Of a stretch of 64,000 nt of DNA, positions 7,621 to 17,173 are shown piece after piece. A model generated the notes under the pieces. The model saw nothing but the letters and a program-made list of their open reading frames with translations, was not told the DNA's origin and did not search any database. Location of the stretch: assembly GCA_024720975.1 (NCBI GenBank), contig JANJXX010000003.1:1-64000 (forward strand), read 5' to 3'. This DNA comes from Thermoproteota archaeon. GTDB lineage: Archaea; Asgardarchaeota; Njordarchaeia; Njordarchaeales; Panguiarchaeaceae. The translations under genes were made by a program, and so were the position numbers. How positions within the stretch are numbered: the stretch's first letter is position 1; every line of letters begins with the position of its first letter.

Positions 7621-9489
7621 ATGATAAGAATTGTCGTAGATGGACACAGTCTCTCTATCGATCATCTAGAGCTCATAGGCTATAAGAAGGCAAGTGTAGA
7701 GATTTCTATGGAGGCGCTAAAGAGGCTGGAGGATACAAGAAGATTCATTGAAGATTCTGTTAGAAGGGGGGAAGTATTTTATGGAATTACAACAGGTTTT
7801 GGAATCCTGGCTAGTAAAATAGTAGAACCGGACTTAGCTGAGCAGCTTCAACTCAACTTGTTAAGGAGCCATAGCGTTGGGGTAGGTGATTATGCACCAG
7901 AGCCTTTAATTAGAATGACAATGGCAATAAGGATGAATACGCTAGCTAAAGGAGCTTCGGGGGTTAGACCTGAGATTCTTTACTTGTTCAGAGAGTTTCT
8001 AAATAGGCACGTTTATCCCCTTGTTCCTATAAAGGGATCCGTTGGAGCTAGTGGAGATTTGGCGCCTCTATCGCATCTTGCTTTGGCATTGGTTGGCGAT
8101 CCTGTGGCAGAGGTAATCTACAAGGGCAAGAAATATTCTGGAGAGAAGCTAAAAGAGCTTCTGCTTGAGGAGGTGTATGCTGATCTTCCAGATAACGTCA
8201 AAAAGAACCTTGGAATTCTTGAGCACAATTCACGGGCGAATGAACCTCTGATAAGATTGAGCTACAAGGAAGGCCTTGCTTTGAACAATGGAACTGCTTT
8301 CTCTGCTGCATTACTGGCCGACGGGATTATTAAACTTAAGAAAATACTAAAGCTGGCAACAACATCTCTAGCGTTGAGTTTAGAAGGGCTTGCTGGATTT
8401 AAAGATCCATTTACACCTGAGATTCTTGAGTCTGAGTACAGCAGGAATTTTTCGAAAAGCGTACTGGAACTTATTAAAGGATCGAAACTTGTGAGGTCTA
8501 ATAGTGATACTGCGAATATAGCCTCAATAGCTAGGATAGAGATTTCTAGAGATCACGTCGAAATGACACTCAGGAAAGATATCCTGAGGGGATATGGGAT
8601 ATACCCATTTGAGCTTCTTAAGAATTTGTCAAGACTGAGCTCGGAAGGTATTGATTATTATGAAGACGAAAACAATGTTTATTTGACTTTTAGAGAAGTT
8701 AATGTAGATGAGCTCAATGATAAACTTAAGTCCGTTGCTTGGAAGGATTTAGGATTAATTCAGGATCCATACTCCATTAGATGCTCTCCGCAGATTTATG
8801 GTTCTTTCTTAGAGGCACTAGATTTTGCCAAAAATATACTTGAGAGAGAAATTAACACGGCCTGTGATAATCCACTGATAGTGAGTATTGACGAAAAATA
8901 CTCGGTGATTTCATGTGGAAACTTTCATGGACAGGCAATTGGACTAGCGAGTGATGTATTGGCAATAGCTATAGCAACTCTCTCTAACATCATAGAGAGG
9001 CGAGTACAGCTGCTACTTGACTCTAGATTCAATAGGGGACTTACTGATTGCTTGATACATCCTAGAAGCACACCTGGGGTAAACTCTGGACTTATGATGG
9101 TCCAATACACAGCAGCGGCATTAGCTGCTGAGAATCGAGCATTGGCTAACTCATTTAGTGTCCATTCAATACCAACATCAGCCAATCAAGAGGATATTGT
9201 TAGCATGTGCACCAACGCAGCTTTAAGACTGCAAGACATGATTGAGAATCTAATAAACGCAATTTCGATAGAGGTAGTAGTGGCTCTACAGGCAATATTC
9301 CTGAGAGCTGAGATACTGAAAAATAAAATTGAGAACCTGCTCGGATCGGGAACAAGAGAAGCTGTTAAATTCTTCACGGAAGCTGTCCAGGAATCGGGGA
9401 TAAGTCTCCCACTGAAAGAGGATATATATCTAAAGTCGTACTTAGATGCAGTACGTGACGCTATCCTACGCAAACTTGAGGAGCTTTAG
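7621..9489 (+). CDS. hutH: Histidine ammonia-lyase with extra inserts
   Basis: YGITTGFG, LLRSHSVGVG (His selectivity), GSVGASGDLAPL (MIO-forming ASG), QDPYSIRC, GNFHGQ, SANQED. ATG 7621 follows AGGTG. Confidence 0.92.
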   Translation: MIRIVVDGHSLSIDHLELIGYKKASVEISMEALKRLEDTRRFIEDSVRRGEVFYGITTGFGILASKIVEPDLAEQLQLNLLRSHSVGVGDYAPEPLIRMTMAIRMNTLAKGASGVRPEILYLFREFLNRHVYPLVPIKGSVGASGDLAPLSHLALALVGDPVAEVIYKGKKYSGEKLKELLLEEVYADLPDNVKKNLGILEHNSRANEPLIRLSYKEGLALNNGTAFSAALLADGIIKLKKILKLATTSLALSLEGLAGFKDPFTPEILESEYSRNFSKSVLELIKGSKLVRSNSDTANIASIARIEISRDHVEMTLRKDILRGYGIYPFELLKNLSRLSSEGIDYYEDENNVYLTFREVNVDELNDKLKSVAWKDLGLIQDPYSIRCSPQIYGSFLEALDFAKNILEREINTACDNPLIVSIDEKYSVISCGNFHGQAIGLASDVLAIAIATLSNIIERRVQLLLDSRFNRGLTDCLIHPRSTPGVNSGLMMVQYTAAALAAENRALANSFSVHSIPTSANQEDIVSMCTNAALRLQDMIENLINAISIEVVVALQAIFLRAEILKNKIENLLGSGTREAVKFFTEAVQESGISLPLKEDIYLKSYLDAVRDAILRKLEEL

Positions 9490-10782
9490 CATCTGCAGAG
9501 TCACTGTATAGCCTACAAATAGCATTGCAATAAATAGTACAACGTAGATCGCGACTCTAACAATGAGGCTTCTTTCACCGCCGCCATACTTTACGTAAAT
9601 TATCTTGTTCAGTATACCAGCAGTTAGCGCAGTGGTTAATATTAATAATGCATATTCCATTTCAATTTCTCCTGCCCATAGTAGGGACACTATGGCTAAT
9701 TCCACGCCACTGACTGTATAAAAACCACTTAAAAACGCAATTAGTACTGAGTATTCACGACCAAACATGTTAGCTATAACAATAGCTACGCTCACCGCAA
9801 ATAGTATAAAAGCAAATTTTGCTGCAGAGCTATACGAAAGTGGATTTCTCAGGACCTCGGTTCTCTCCTCTACTATCTGGATACTATACTTACGAAGTCT
9901 AGATGCGAGATTTATGATACCCACAGCTATTGCTGGAAGTGCTGTTATTGCAAAGAGATACACTATTGCTGGCGTCATAAAGGCCAAAACGACTAAATAA
10001 AGGAGTGTCCTAACTATTAGGGTTATTATCACAGCAACTATCGCCGTAACTGCAAACGAAATATCCATGTTTGCTTTGAATTTATTGTAAATCCTTGTAA
10101 TTTCAACTGTAGTTGCCTCACTGTGCACAAACGCACCCACACTAGCAAATAATACAAAACCTTTTCTCATTCCAAGGTGCCTGATTATGACGTAGCTTAG
10201 AAATTGCACTACCAAAATGAAGACGAGAAATATAAAGTAGAGCTGTATGTTAAGAACTCCAAATATTAACACTGGGGGTATTATTGGTAACACTACTAAG
10301 GCCAGCAGGCCTATTGTAAGTGCGGAGGTTAGTTCTCTATATTCCAGCGATGCAAGAATGCTCTTTACAGCATACTTTGAGGATAGCACTGCCGTGATGA
10401 AAACTGATAATACTATAGCCCAATAGAACATACCTAAACCAACTATAACGCCAAGCATATATGATAAAAAGGCAGCTATAGCTGTTGTTTCATGTATGCC
10501 TTTCTTTACAGTTGCCTGGTACAATAGGAGAACAACTGACCATGCCAAGACTGCACCAAAGGATATCAATACAAGATACTGTATTCCAAATTCCCTCTCA
10601 ATCGTAGTTGCGGCAGCCCCCAGAAGACTTATTAAGCCAAAGGTCCTCACGCCTGGAACCTCCTCCTCTGGCCCATGACCTTTCACGAATTGTCTCTCCA
10701 AGCCTATAATGCTACCGACTATGAATGCTACTACGAGTTTGAATTGTATTGTTTCGGCAATCGATGATAAGGCACCAAACAT
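9466..10782 (-). CDS. MgtC/SapB + DUF4010 family membrane protein
   Basis: IIGLERQ…PGVRTFGLISLLG, TTAIA, about 12 hydrophobic segments, NPLS motif. Confidence 0.85.
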   Translation of the reverse strand: MFGALSSIAETIQFKLVVAFIVGSIIGLERQFVKGHGPEEEVPGVRTFGLISLLGAAATTIEREFGIQYLVLISFGAVLAWSVVLLLYQATVKKGIHETTAIAAFLSYMLGVIVGLGMFYWAIVLSVFITAVLSSKYAVKSILASLEYRELTSALTIGLLALVVLPIIPPVLIFGVLNIQLYFIFLVFILVVQFLSYVIIRHLGMRKGFVLFASVGAFVHSEATTVEITRIYNKFKANMDISFAVTAIVAVIITLIVRTLLYLVVLAFMTPAIVYLFAITALPAIAVGIINLASRLRKYSIQIVEERTEVLRNPLSYSSAAKFAFILFAVSVAIVIANMFGREYSVLIAFLSGFYTVSGVELAIVSLLWAGEIEMEYALLILTTALTAGILNKIIYVKYGGGERSLIVRVAIYVVLFIAMLFVGYTVTLQMLKLLKFA

Positions 10783-10876
10783 CTTCTTTTATCACACTTC
10801 GTATGAACAGAGAGTATTATAGAAAGAATAAGATACCTAATAAATAAAAATCTCAACATATTTGCGAGCCTGACGG

Positions 10877-12859
10877 GTGTGCAATACCTTGAATAAGACC
10901 GTCTTTTGTCCACGAGATTGCTATGACACTTGCATATATGAGGTTAAGTATGATCCAGAGCCCAAGCTCATCCACACAGGCAAACCAACGATTAAACTAT
11001 CATGCCCTAGAGCTGAGAAAGATTTTGCTAGAGTGTCATCACCCGATCGCATCCTACACCCGTATATTGCTGTAAGCAAAAGGGAGGGAAAAAGGAAAAG
11101 AGTCTCCTGGTCATATGCTATAGGACTCATTGTTAATAAGCTTAAGGAAACACTTAAGGCCTATGGTGCTAGCAGAATTCTCTTTCTAGACTACGCAGGT
11201 AATCGAGGGATTTTCACACGATACTTAGCACAACGCCTTTGGTATTTTTTAGGCGCTGCCAGAGTGGACTATACAATCTGCAATGGGGCCGGTGCAAGGG
11301 CACTTATGTTACATTATGGGAGCACATATGGTGCATTACCTCAGCACATGGAACAAGCAAACATCCTCGTCTACTGGGGATTTAACGCTGCCATAACAAG
11401 TCCACACAATTTTTTCTATGCCCTTAGCTTGAGAGAACGCAAGCATGTGAAGATAATAACCATTGATACATTAAAGACAGAAACTGCAAAGCTCTCAGAT
11501 ATATGGCTACAGCCTCGATATGGGACGGACACATATCTCGCCCTTGGAATTGCCAGTTACTTGATACAGAACGAACTATACGATCGAGAATTCATTGAGA
11601 AACATACATATGGATTTGAGATGTTTAGAAAGTATGTGAGGGGTCTAGACCTCAACACTGTTTCAAATAAAACTAAAATACCGAAGGACGATATAATTGA
11701 ATTTGCTGAACTTTACAGCGAGAAAAAGCCAAGCATAATATTTATAGGCTATGGTCTTCAGAGGAGAATTGGTGGAGGCGAGGCAGTAAGGGCAATATCA
11801 CTTCTTCCTGCGCTAATAGGGATCCACAGAGGCTTCTACTACTCAAATACTGACGGACTGCTAATAGACATACAGTATCTAACGGGATCATTTTTAGGAG
11901 TACCATCTAGAATAATACCGCAATCAAAAATAGGGGAATACATATACAATGGTGAGTTCAAGTTTATATACATACACTTAACAAACCCAGCTGCAACGCA
12001 TCCAAGAGCAGATCTAATAAGAGAAGGCCTGCTTAGGGATGACGTCTTTGTAGTTGTACATGAAACTCATTGGAGTGACACTGCAAAACTAGCTGATGTT
12101 GTTCTACCAGCACCCACTTGGCTCGAAAAGCGTGATGTCGTATTTAGCTTCTGGCACAACTATATAGGATTCAACAGACCAGTATTAAATAAACCTAACA
12201 CATTAAAAACCGAGCTAGGGGTCATGAGATTGATTGCTAAGGGCCTCAATATAAAAGAGAAACTGATATACGAGAGTCCAGTGAGAGCACTTATCAAAGC
12301 CATTGGTAGGAGTATCTACGAAGAACTTATTACAAAAGGTTTTACTACACTTCCCTATCGCAAACTTAACGAGTACCAAACACCATCTGGCAAGATAGAG
12401 TTCTATAGTAATAAGGCAAAGGAATTCAACCTCAGTCCATTGCCTAAGCCAATCGAAGTACATCCCCCGCCAGACTACCCATACATACTCATATCATCTG
12501 CCCATCCAAGGTATACTCACACGCAATTTGAGGATGTCTATGGTCCCATACCACCAATAATCGAGATATCAGAAGAAGACATGGAGAAGCTATCAATAAC
12601 TGATGGAGAAAGTGTGATTGTAAGCAGCAAAAATGGGAGCGTTGTACTAATGGCTAAAGAGAGTGATAGAGTTCCACCTGGGGTGGTATTTGCGTATAGA
12701 TCATGTAAAACTCTCGACGGGAAAAGATTGAACTGCATAACAAACGACGAGACAAATGAACTTGGAGGAGCTACAATAAACACAACATTTGTATCAATAA
12801 TTCCACTTCGTTGCACTAATACATCCAAATTCAAAAGTCTTGTCTCCTATGAGGAGTAG
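10877..12859 (+). CDS. Molybdopterin (bis-MGD) oxidoreductase, DMSO reductase superfamily, substrate unknown
   Basis: CPRDCYDTC…C [4Fe-4S] motif, RILHP, TIC ligand, SDTAKLADVVLPA, TPSGKIEF, C-terminal binding domain. Confidence 0.88.
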   Translation: MCNTLNKTVFCPRDCYDTCIYEVKYDPEPKLIHTGKPTIKLSCPRAEKDFARVSSPDRILHPYIAVSKREGKRKRVSWSYAIGLIVNKLKETLKAYGASRILFLDYAGNRGIFTRYLAQRLWYFLGAARVDYTICNGAGARALMLHYGSTYGALPQHMEQANILVYWGFNAAITSPHNFFYALSLRERKHVKIITIDTLKTETAKLSDIWLQPRYGTDTYLALGIASYLIQNELYDREFIEKHTYGFEMFRKYVRGLDLNTVSNKTKIPKDDIIEFAELYSEKKPSIIFIGYGLQRRIGGGEAVRAISLLPALIGIHRGFYYSNTDGLLIDIQYLTGSFLGVPSRIIPQSKIGEYIYNGEFKFIYIHLTNPAATHPRADLIREGLLRDDVFVVVHETHWSDTAKLADVVLPAPTWLEKRDVVFSFWHNYIGFNRPVLNKPNTLKTELGVMRLIAKGLNIKEKLIYESPVRALIKAIGRSIYEELITKGFTTLPYRKLNEYQTPSGKIEFYSNKAKEFNLSPLPKPIEVHPPPDYPYILISSAHPRYTHTQFEDVYGPIPPIIEISEEDMEKLSITDGESVIVSSKNGSVVLMAKESDRVPPGVVFAYRSCKTLDGKRLNCITNDETNELGGATINTTFVSIIPLRCTNTSKFKSLVSYEE

Positions 12860-12944
12860 AAACAGAAGAAAACTATCAGCTGCATTTTAGAACTTACTCT
12901 TCAAAATTGGGAATACTTAAAGTGGTTGTTTGGAAAGTACGCAG

Positions 12945-14222
12945 TCATAGTATCAGGAATGGAACATATATTAGCATGTTTACTACTGTTATTAGCGCCC
13001 CAATCTTCATAAACTCAGTGAATGTTATGGTTCTACTATACCTAGATTCTAATACCTCTAGAATGATAATATTAGATGCTGCCCCGAGCAGCGTTAGGTT
13101 CCCAGCTATCGTTGATGCACAGGCTAGAGTGAGCCATGCATTTATGTCCTGTCCAACATATCCAATGCTCTTCATGTAGCCTAAGTAAAGATTCGCTAGC
13201 GGTACGTTACTTAAAACTTGGCTAAGAAGTATTGCAATCAGCGAGATAGCGACTACTTCTTGCAGTAGGGGCATCTTTTGCGGATGTATTATGCCTATTA
13301 CTGGTTGCAAAACAGCACTTCTCCATATCCCCTCCATTGCTATAAACATTGCTATGAAGAATATTATTGTTCCCCAATCAATCCCTGAAATTATTTTTCT
13401 GGGCTCTGTCGATAGTGCATAGATTATAGATGCTACCACGAATGGTATGAAGCCTCTGTGTTTCACATGCGGTAAGCCGAAAAGTTCGAATATATCGTTG
13501 ATTAACAATGCAGCAATGGTTATTAGGAGTCCCACTCCAGCTAGTATTGCATCTCTTCTATTTTTGATTGCCTCATGAGGAATTAACACTATGTATATCT
13601 GCTTGTTCTCAATCCTGTAGAATCTTATTATTAGGAATGTTGAGATTACTAAGTTTATTATTGTCGGCACTAGCAAGTTCCTTAGGAAGAATATGAATGG
13701 CGCCATCATGCCTGATCTTACAGCTACTAAGATATTTTGAGGATTACCAATTGGAGTAGCTGTAGAACCTATCGTCAGCGAAAATGCGAGTAAAAGAAAC
13801 ATTATTTTTGCATCGACACCTATAAATTTGGCTATTGTATATGCGATTGGTGGACCCATCAATGCAACAGCATCATTAGTTGCGAATGCAGCTATAAAAC
13901 CAAACATGAATGCAGAACCAAACATCGCCCCATAGCGCGATTTAAACTTTGATAAGAAGTAATAGGCTATGGCTGTTAACAGACCAGATTGATCAGCAAG
14001 AGCTACTAAACTGAACATACCTATAAGGAAGAGTATAACGTCGAGCTCAATAAGCTCACCAATTTCGTCTATGCCAATGAGATCTGTAACTACAGTTATA
14101 AACGCAGCAAGAGTCATAATGCTCCATATTGGAATGCGTGGCTTCTTACTTCGCAGAATAAGAGCTGCTATCAAAAACATGATTATGCCAAGTCCAACCA
14201 GGGGTTTATAGTTTATAGCCAT
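12945..14222 (-). CDS. ArsB/NhaD/SLC13-like anion permease
   Basis: TNDA, GSTATPIGNPQN, LSNVP, STIAGNLTLLGAASNII; multiple TM helices. Confidence 0.88.
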   Translation of the reverse strand: MAINYKPLVGLGIIMFLIAALILRSKKPRIPIWSIMTLAAFITVVTDLIGIDEIGELIELDVILFLIGMFSLVALADQSGLLTAIAYYFLSKFKSRYGAMFGSAFMFGFIAAFATNDAVALMGPPIAYTIAKFIGVDAKIMFLLLAFSLTIGSTATPIGNPQNILVAVRSGMMAPFIFFLRNLLVPTIINLVISTFLIIRFYRIENKQIYIVLIPHEAIKNRRDAILAGVGLLITIAALLINDIFELFGLPHVKHRGFIPFVVASIIYALSTEPRKIISGIDWGTIIFFIAMFIAMEGIWRSAVLQPVIGIIHPQKMPLLQEVVAISLIAILLSQVLSNVPLANLYLGYMKSIGYVGQDINAWLTLACASTIAGNLTLLGAASNIIILEVLESRYSRTITFTEFMKIGALITVVNMLIYVPFLIL

Positions 14223-14387
14223 ATTGCACTCCCTTGGTCAATTTCTATTAATACAAGGACAATGTCACAAGTCGACAACAATGATTAGAGTTTTTGATAC
14301 GTATAAACAAATATTACAATAGCCACAAGGTAAGAAAACTGTGAAAACTAACTAACAAAGAGCATCAAGTCCCACATAAATTCCCTT

Positions 14388-14405
14388 TGCAAAGTAATCT
14401 TTGCA
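14388..14405. promoter_or_regulatory. Palindrome in a divergent promoter region (possible operator)
   Basis: TGCAAAG-TAAT-CTTTGCA between the divergent permease and aldolase genes. Confidence 0.25.
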
Positions 14406-14513
14406 GACGAGTTCTGAACTTCTGAAACGATTTCCCAAGATCTTCTTAGATGCGAAACAGAAAATTATATACTTTAAAGTAGTATCTATAGTTTTGCGCC
14501 TAACTGATCACGC

Positions 14514-15176
14514 GTGATTATAGTGGACTTGAGCAAATTGAAGGGCGAGATCATAAGGGTTGGCCGCCTCTTAATTAGGAAAAATCTTACCGTTGGCTCT
14601 TCAGGTAATATTAGCGTTAGGATCCCAGGTGAAGACAGGATAATAATAACCCCTAGCGGCGTGCCATTCAGAACAATGCTACCAGAGGAGTTAGTTATTA
14701 TTGATCTTGACGGAAGGGTAATTGAGGGAAAGAAAAAACCGTCTTCGGAGCTGCCTCTTCATCTTAAAATTTATAAGAGTAGACCAGATGTAAACGCGAT
14801 AATACACGCGCATACTATATATTGCTCAGTACTTGCTGCAACACAAACGCCAATACCCCCGATACTCGACGAGATGATTTTCTTCATAGGTGGGGACATC
14901 TTAGTTGCAAAATATGCGCCACCCGGTACTGAGGATTTGGCAAGGAATGCCCTTGAGGCATTAGGGACAAGAAAAGCTGTAATTCTAGCAAATCATGGGG
15001 TTGTAGCATGCGGGCGTGACCTTGAAGATGCTTTAGAGACTTTGGTCCGTGTTGAGAGAATCTCTCAAATATATATACTAGCAAAGCTAATTGGCGAGCC
15101 AAAGAGGCTGCCAGATGAGGTAATACGACGCGAAATTGAGGCTTACGAGCTCCGCAGGGAGGGCAAAAGCCTATGA
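14514..15176 (+). CDS. Class II aldolase/adducin family (L-fuculose-phosphate aldolase-like)
   Basis: SGNISVR, ITPSG, KPSSELPLH, IIHAH and LANHG (Zn ligands). Confidence 0.9.
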   Translation: MIIVDLSKLKGEIIRVGRLLIRKNLTVGSSGNISVRIPGEDRIIITPSGVPFRTMLPEELVIIDLDGRVIEGKKKPSSELPLHLKIYKSRPDVNAIIHAHTIYCSVLAATQTPIPPILDEMIFFIGGDILVAKYAPPGTEDLARNALEALGTRKAVILANHGVVACGRDLEDALETLVRVERISQIYILAKLIGEPKRLPDEVIRREIEAYELRREGKSL

Positions 15177-15341
15177 GATAGTCCTTAAGGTCCTGCCAAA
15201 TTGGCTTGGATTAACCATGTTCTTGTTGACTCTTGCAGTTAGAGTCTATATACTAAGTGGTTAAGAACCCGAAATTTCTATAAATTATTTCTCTCAAGAG
15301 TTGTAAGCACCGAGATTGAGCGTTCTTGTATGGTAGATTAG

Positions 15342-16253
15342 ATGAATGTAAGGGAGGAAATTCTTAACCTTAAGAGAGAGCTGAACGCTGCTATCTTAGC
15401 CCACAACTACCAGCCGTATGAAGTACAGGAAATAGCTGACTTCGTGGGAGATTCATTAGAACTCTCTCTACTCTCAACGAAATTAGATGCTGAGGTTATT
15501 GTATTTGCTGGAGTAAGATTCATGGCCGAACAAACTAAGGCTCTTAACCCTAACAAGAAGGTCCTAATGCCAATTCCTAGTGCCCTTTGCTCGCTTGCGA
15601 GTTTGGTCACTGTTGAGATGATAAAGGAGTATAGAGAAAAATATCCGGGCGCACCACTAGTCGTGTATGTGAACTCTCCCATTGAGGTAAAGGCAGAAGC
15701 TGACTACATAGTTACGTCTGCCAATGCCACGAAGCTTATCTCAAAGCTGAATTCAGACACAATTTTATTCTCTCCTGATGCAAATTTAGCTCATTATGTT
15801 GCTAAGGTTACGGGAAAGAAAGTTATTGCAATTCCACCAACTGGACACTGCTACGTACATTTACTAATAACTCCTTATGACATTCTGGAGGCAAAAAGAA
15901 AGTATCCAGATGCTATAGCTTTGGTTCATCCTGAGGTGCCGCCGGAGGCTCAAGAACTCGCCGATTATATTGCTGGAACTTCTGGTATGATAAAATTTGT
16001 CTCACGGAGCGACCACAAGAAATTTCTTATAGGCACGGAGACTGGAATGTTAAACAGACTTAGGAGAGAATTTCCTGATAAGGAATTTTATCCAATAGTT
16101 CCCAATGCTGACTGTATTGGAATGAAAAAGATAACACTTGAGTCTATATATTATAGTCTTAAGAACCTCGTCTATGAAGTTGTAATAAAGGAGGAGTACA
16201 TGCATAAAGTTCGTCGAGCTCTCGATAGGTCATTTGAAATCTTAGGTGTTTGA
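15342..16253 (+). CDS. nadA: Quinolinate synthase
   Basis: ILAHNYQ, GDSLEL, GVRFMAE, CSLA, YVNS, CYVH, HPE, C..MK. Confidence 0.96.
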   Translation: MNVREEILNLKRELNAAILAHNYQPYEVQEIADFVGDSLELSLLSTKLDAEVIVFAGVRFMAEQTKALNPNKKVLMPIPSALCSLASLVTVEMIKEYREKYPGAPLVVYVNSPIEVKAEADYIVTSANATKLISKLNSDTILFSPDANLAHYVAKVTGKKVIAIPPTGHCYVHLLITPYDILEAKRKYPDAIALVHPEVPPEAQELADYIAGTSGMIKFVSRSDHKKFLIGTETGMLNRLRREFPDKEFYPIVPNADCIGMKKITLESIYYSLKNLVYEVVIKEEYMHKVRRALDRSFEILGV

Positions 16254-17112
16254 TTTGTTGCCAGAGATTTTTGCAAAAAAATTTTTGGAATGGCTTGAAG
16301 AGGATGCACCATACGACGACATAACAACAATGCTGTTGGATAATGAGTGCTTTGAGGCTATATTATTGGCAAAGAGTGATGGTGTTGTAGCTGGATTGGA
16401 TCTGTTAGCAGAGACTTTGATTAAGTTTGGACTCCATGTTGAACAGTTTAAGAGAGATGGAGAAGAGTTTTCTAGCGGGGTAATATTGGCAACGATACGA
16501 GGGGACGTGAGAAAAATCCTGACGTTTGAGCGCACGCTGCTCAATATATTGAATAGACTGTGCGGGATCGCCAGACTAACAAGAATGGTTGTGAAAAAGG
16601 CCAAGGCGGTGAACCCTAATGTAAGAATCGCTGCAACTAGAAAGACTACACCAGGTTTAAGATTTCTGGAGAAGTATGCAGTTAGCGTTGGTGGTGGAGA
16701 CACCCACAGGTTTAGCCTGAGCGACCAGATACTTATAAAAGATAACCATGTACGTGCCATAGGAAGCGTAGAGGAGGCTATCAAAAGAGCTAAAAGTAAA
16801 GCTAGCTTCTCCCATAAAATCGAGATAGAGGTTTCATCTGTTGAGGACGCCTTAAAGGCAGCTGAGCTTGGTGCGGACATAATAATGCTAGATAACATGT
16901 CCCCAGGGGAGATAAGACTTGTAGTCAGCGAGCTTAAGAGGAGAGGATTAAGAGACAGAGTACTCCTGGAGGCATCAGGCAGAATAAATTTAGAAAATAT
17001 CGAAGAGTATGCTTCCACCGGAGTTGATGTGATATCTCTAGGAATAATTACACATTCGGCACCATCATGCGATATTAGTCTAGAACTTACGAAGCAGTGC
17101 ACGACCAGGTAG
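16246..17112 (+). CDS. nadC: Quinolinate phosphoribosyltransferase (carboxylating)
   Basis: ATRKTTPGLR, HRFSLSD, IKDNH, IEIEV, MLDNM, EASG. Overlaps nadA. Confidence 0.96.
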   Translation: MFDLLPEIFAKKFLEWLEEDAPYDDITTMLLDNECFEAILLAKSDGVVAGLDLLAETLIKFGLHVEQFKRDGEEFSSGVILATIRGDVRKILTFERTLLNILNRLCGIARLTRMVVKKAKAVNPNVRIAATRKTTPGLRFLEKYAVSVGGGDTHRFSLSDQILIKDNHVRAIGSVEEAIKRAKSKASFSHKIEIEVSSVEDALKAAELGADIIMLDNMSPGEIRLVVSELKRRGLRDRVLLEASGRINLENIEEYASTGVDVISLGIITHSAPSCDISLELTKQCTTR

Positions 17113-17173
17113 TTATATTAGCATTATTGATAATCAATTTTGGAGGAGTTTAGTAGTCTTGAGATAAAAAATT

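Noticed and set aside
16242-17102. 286-aa minus-strand ORF, and the many other 60-160 aa ORFs antisense to called genes
   Set aside because: Antisense shadows of clearly identified genes (here nadC) with no motifs of their own.
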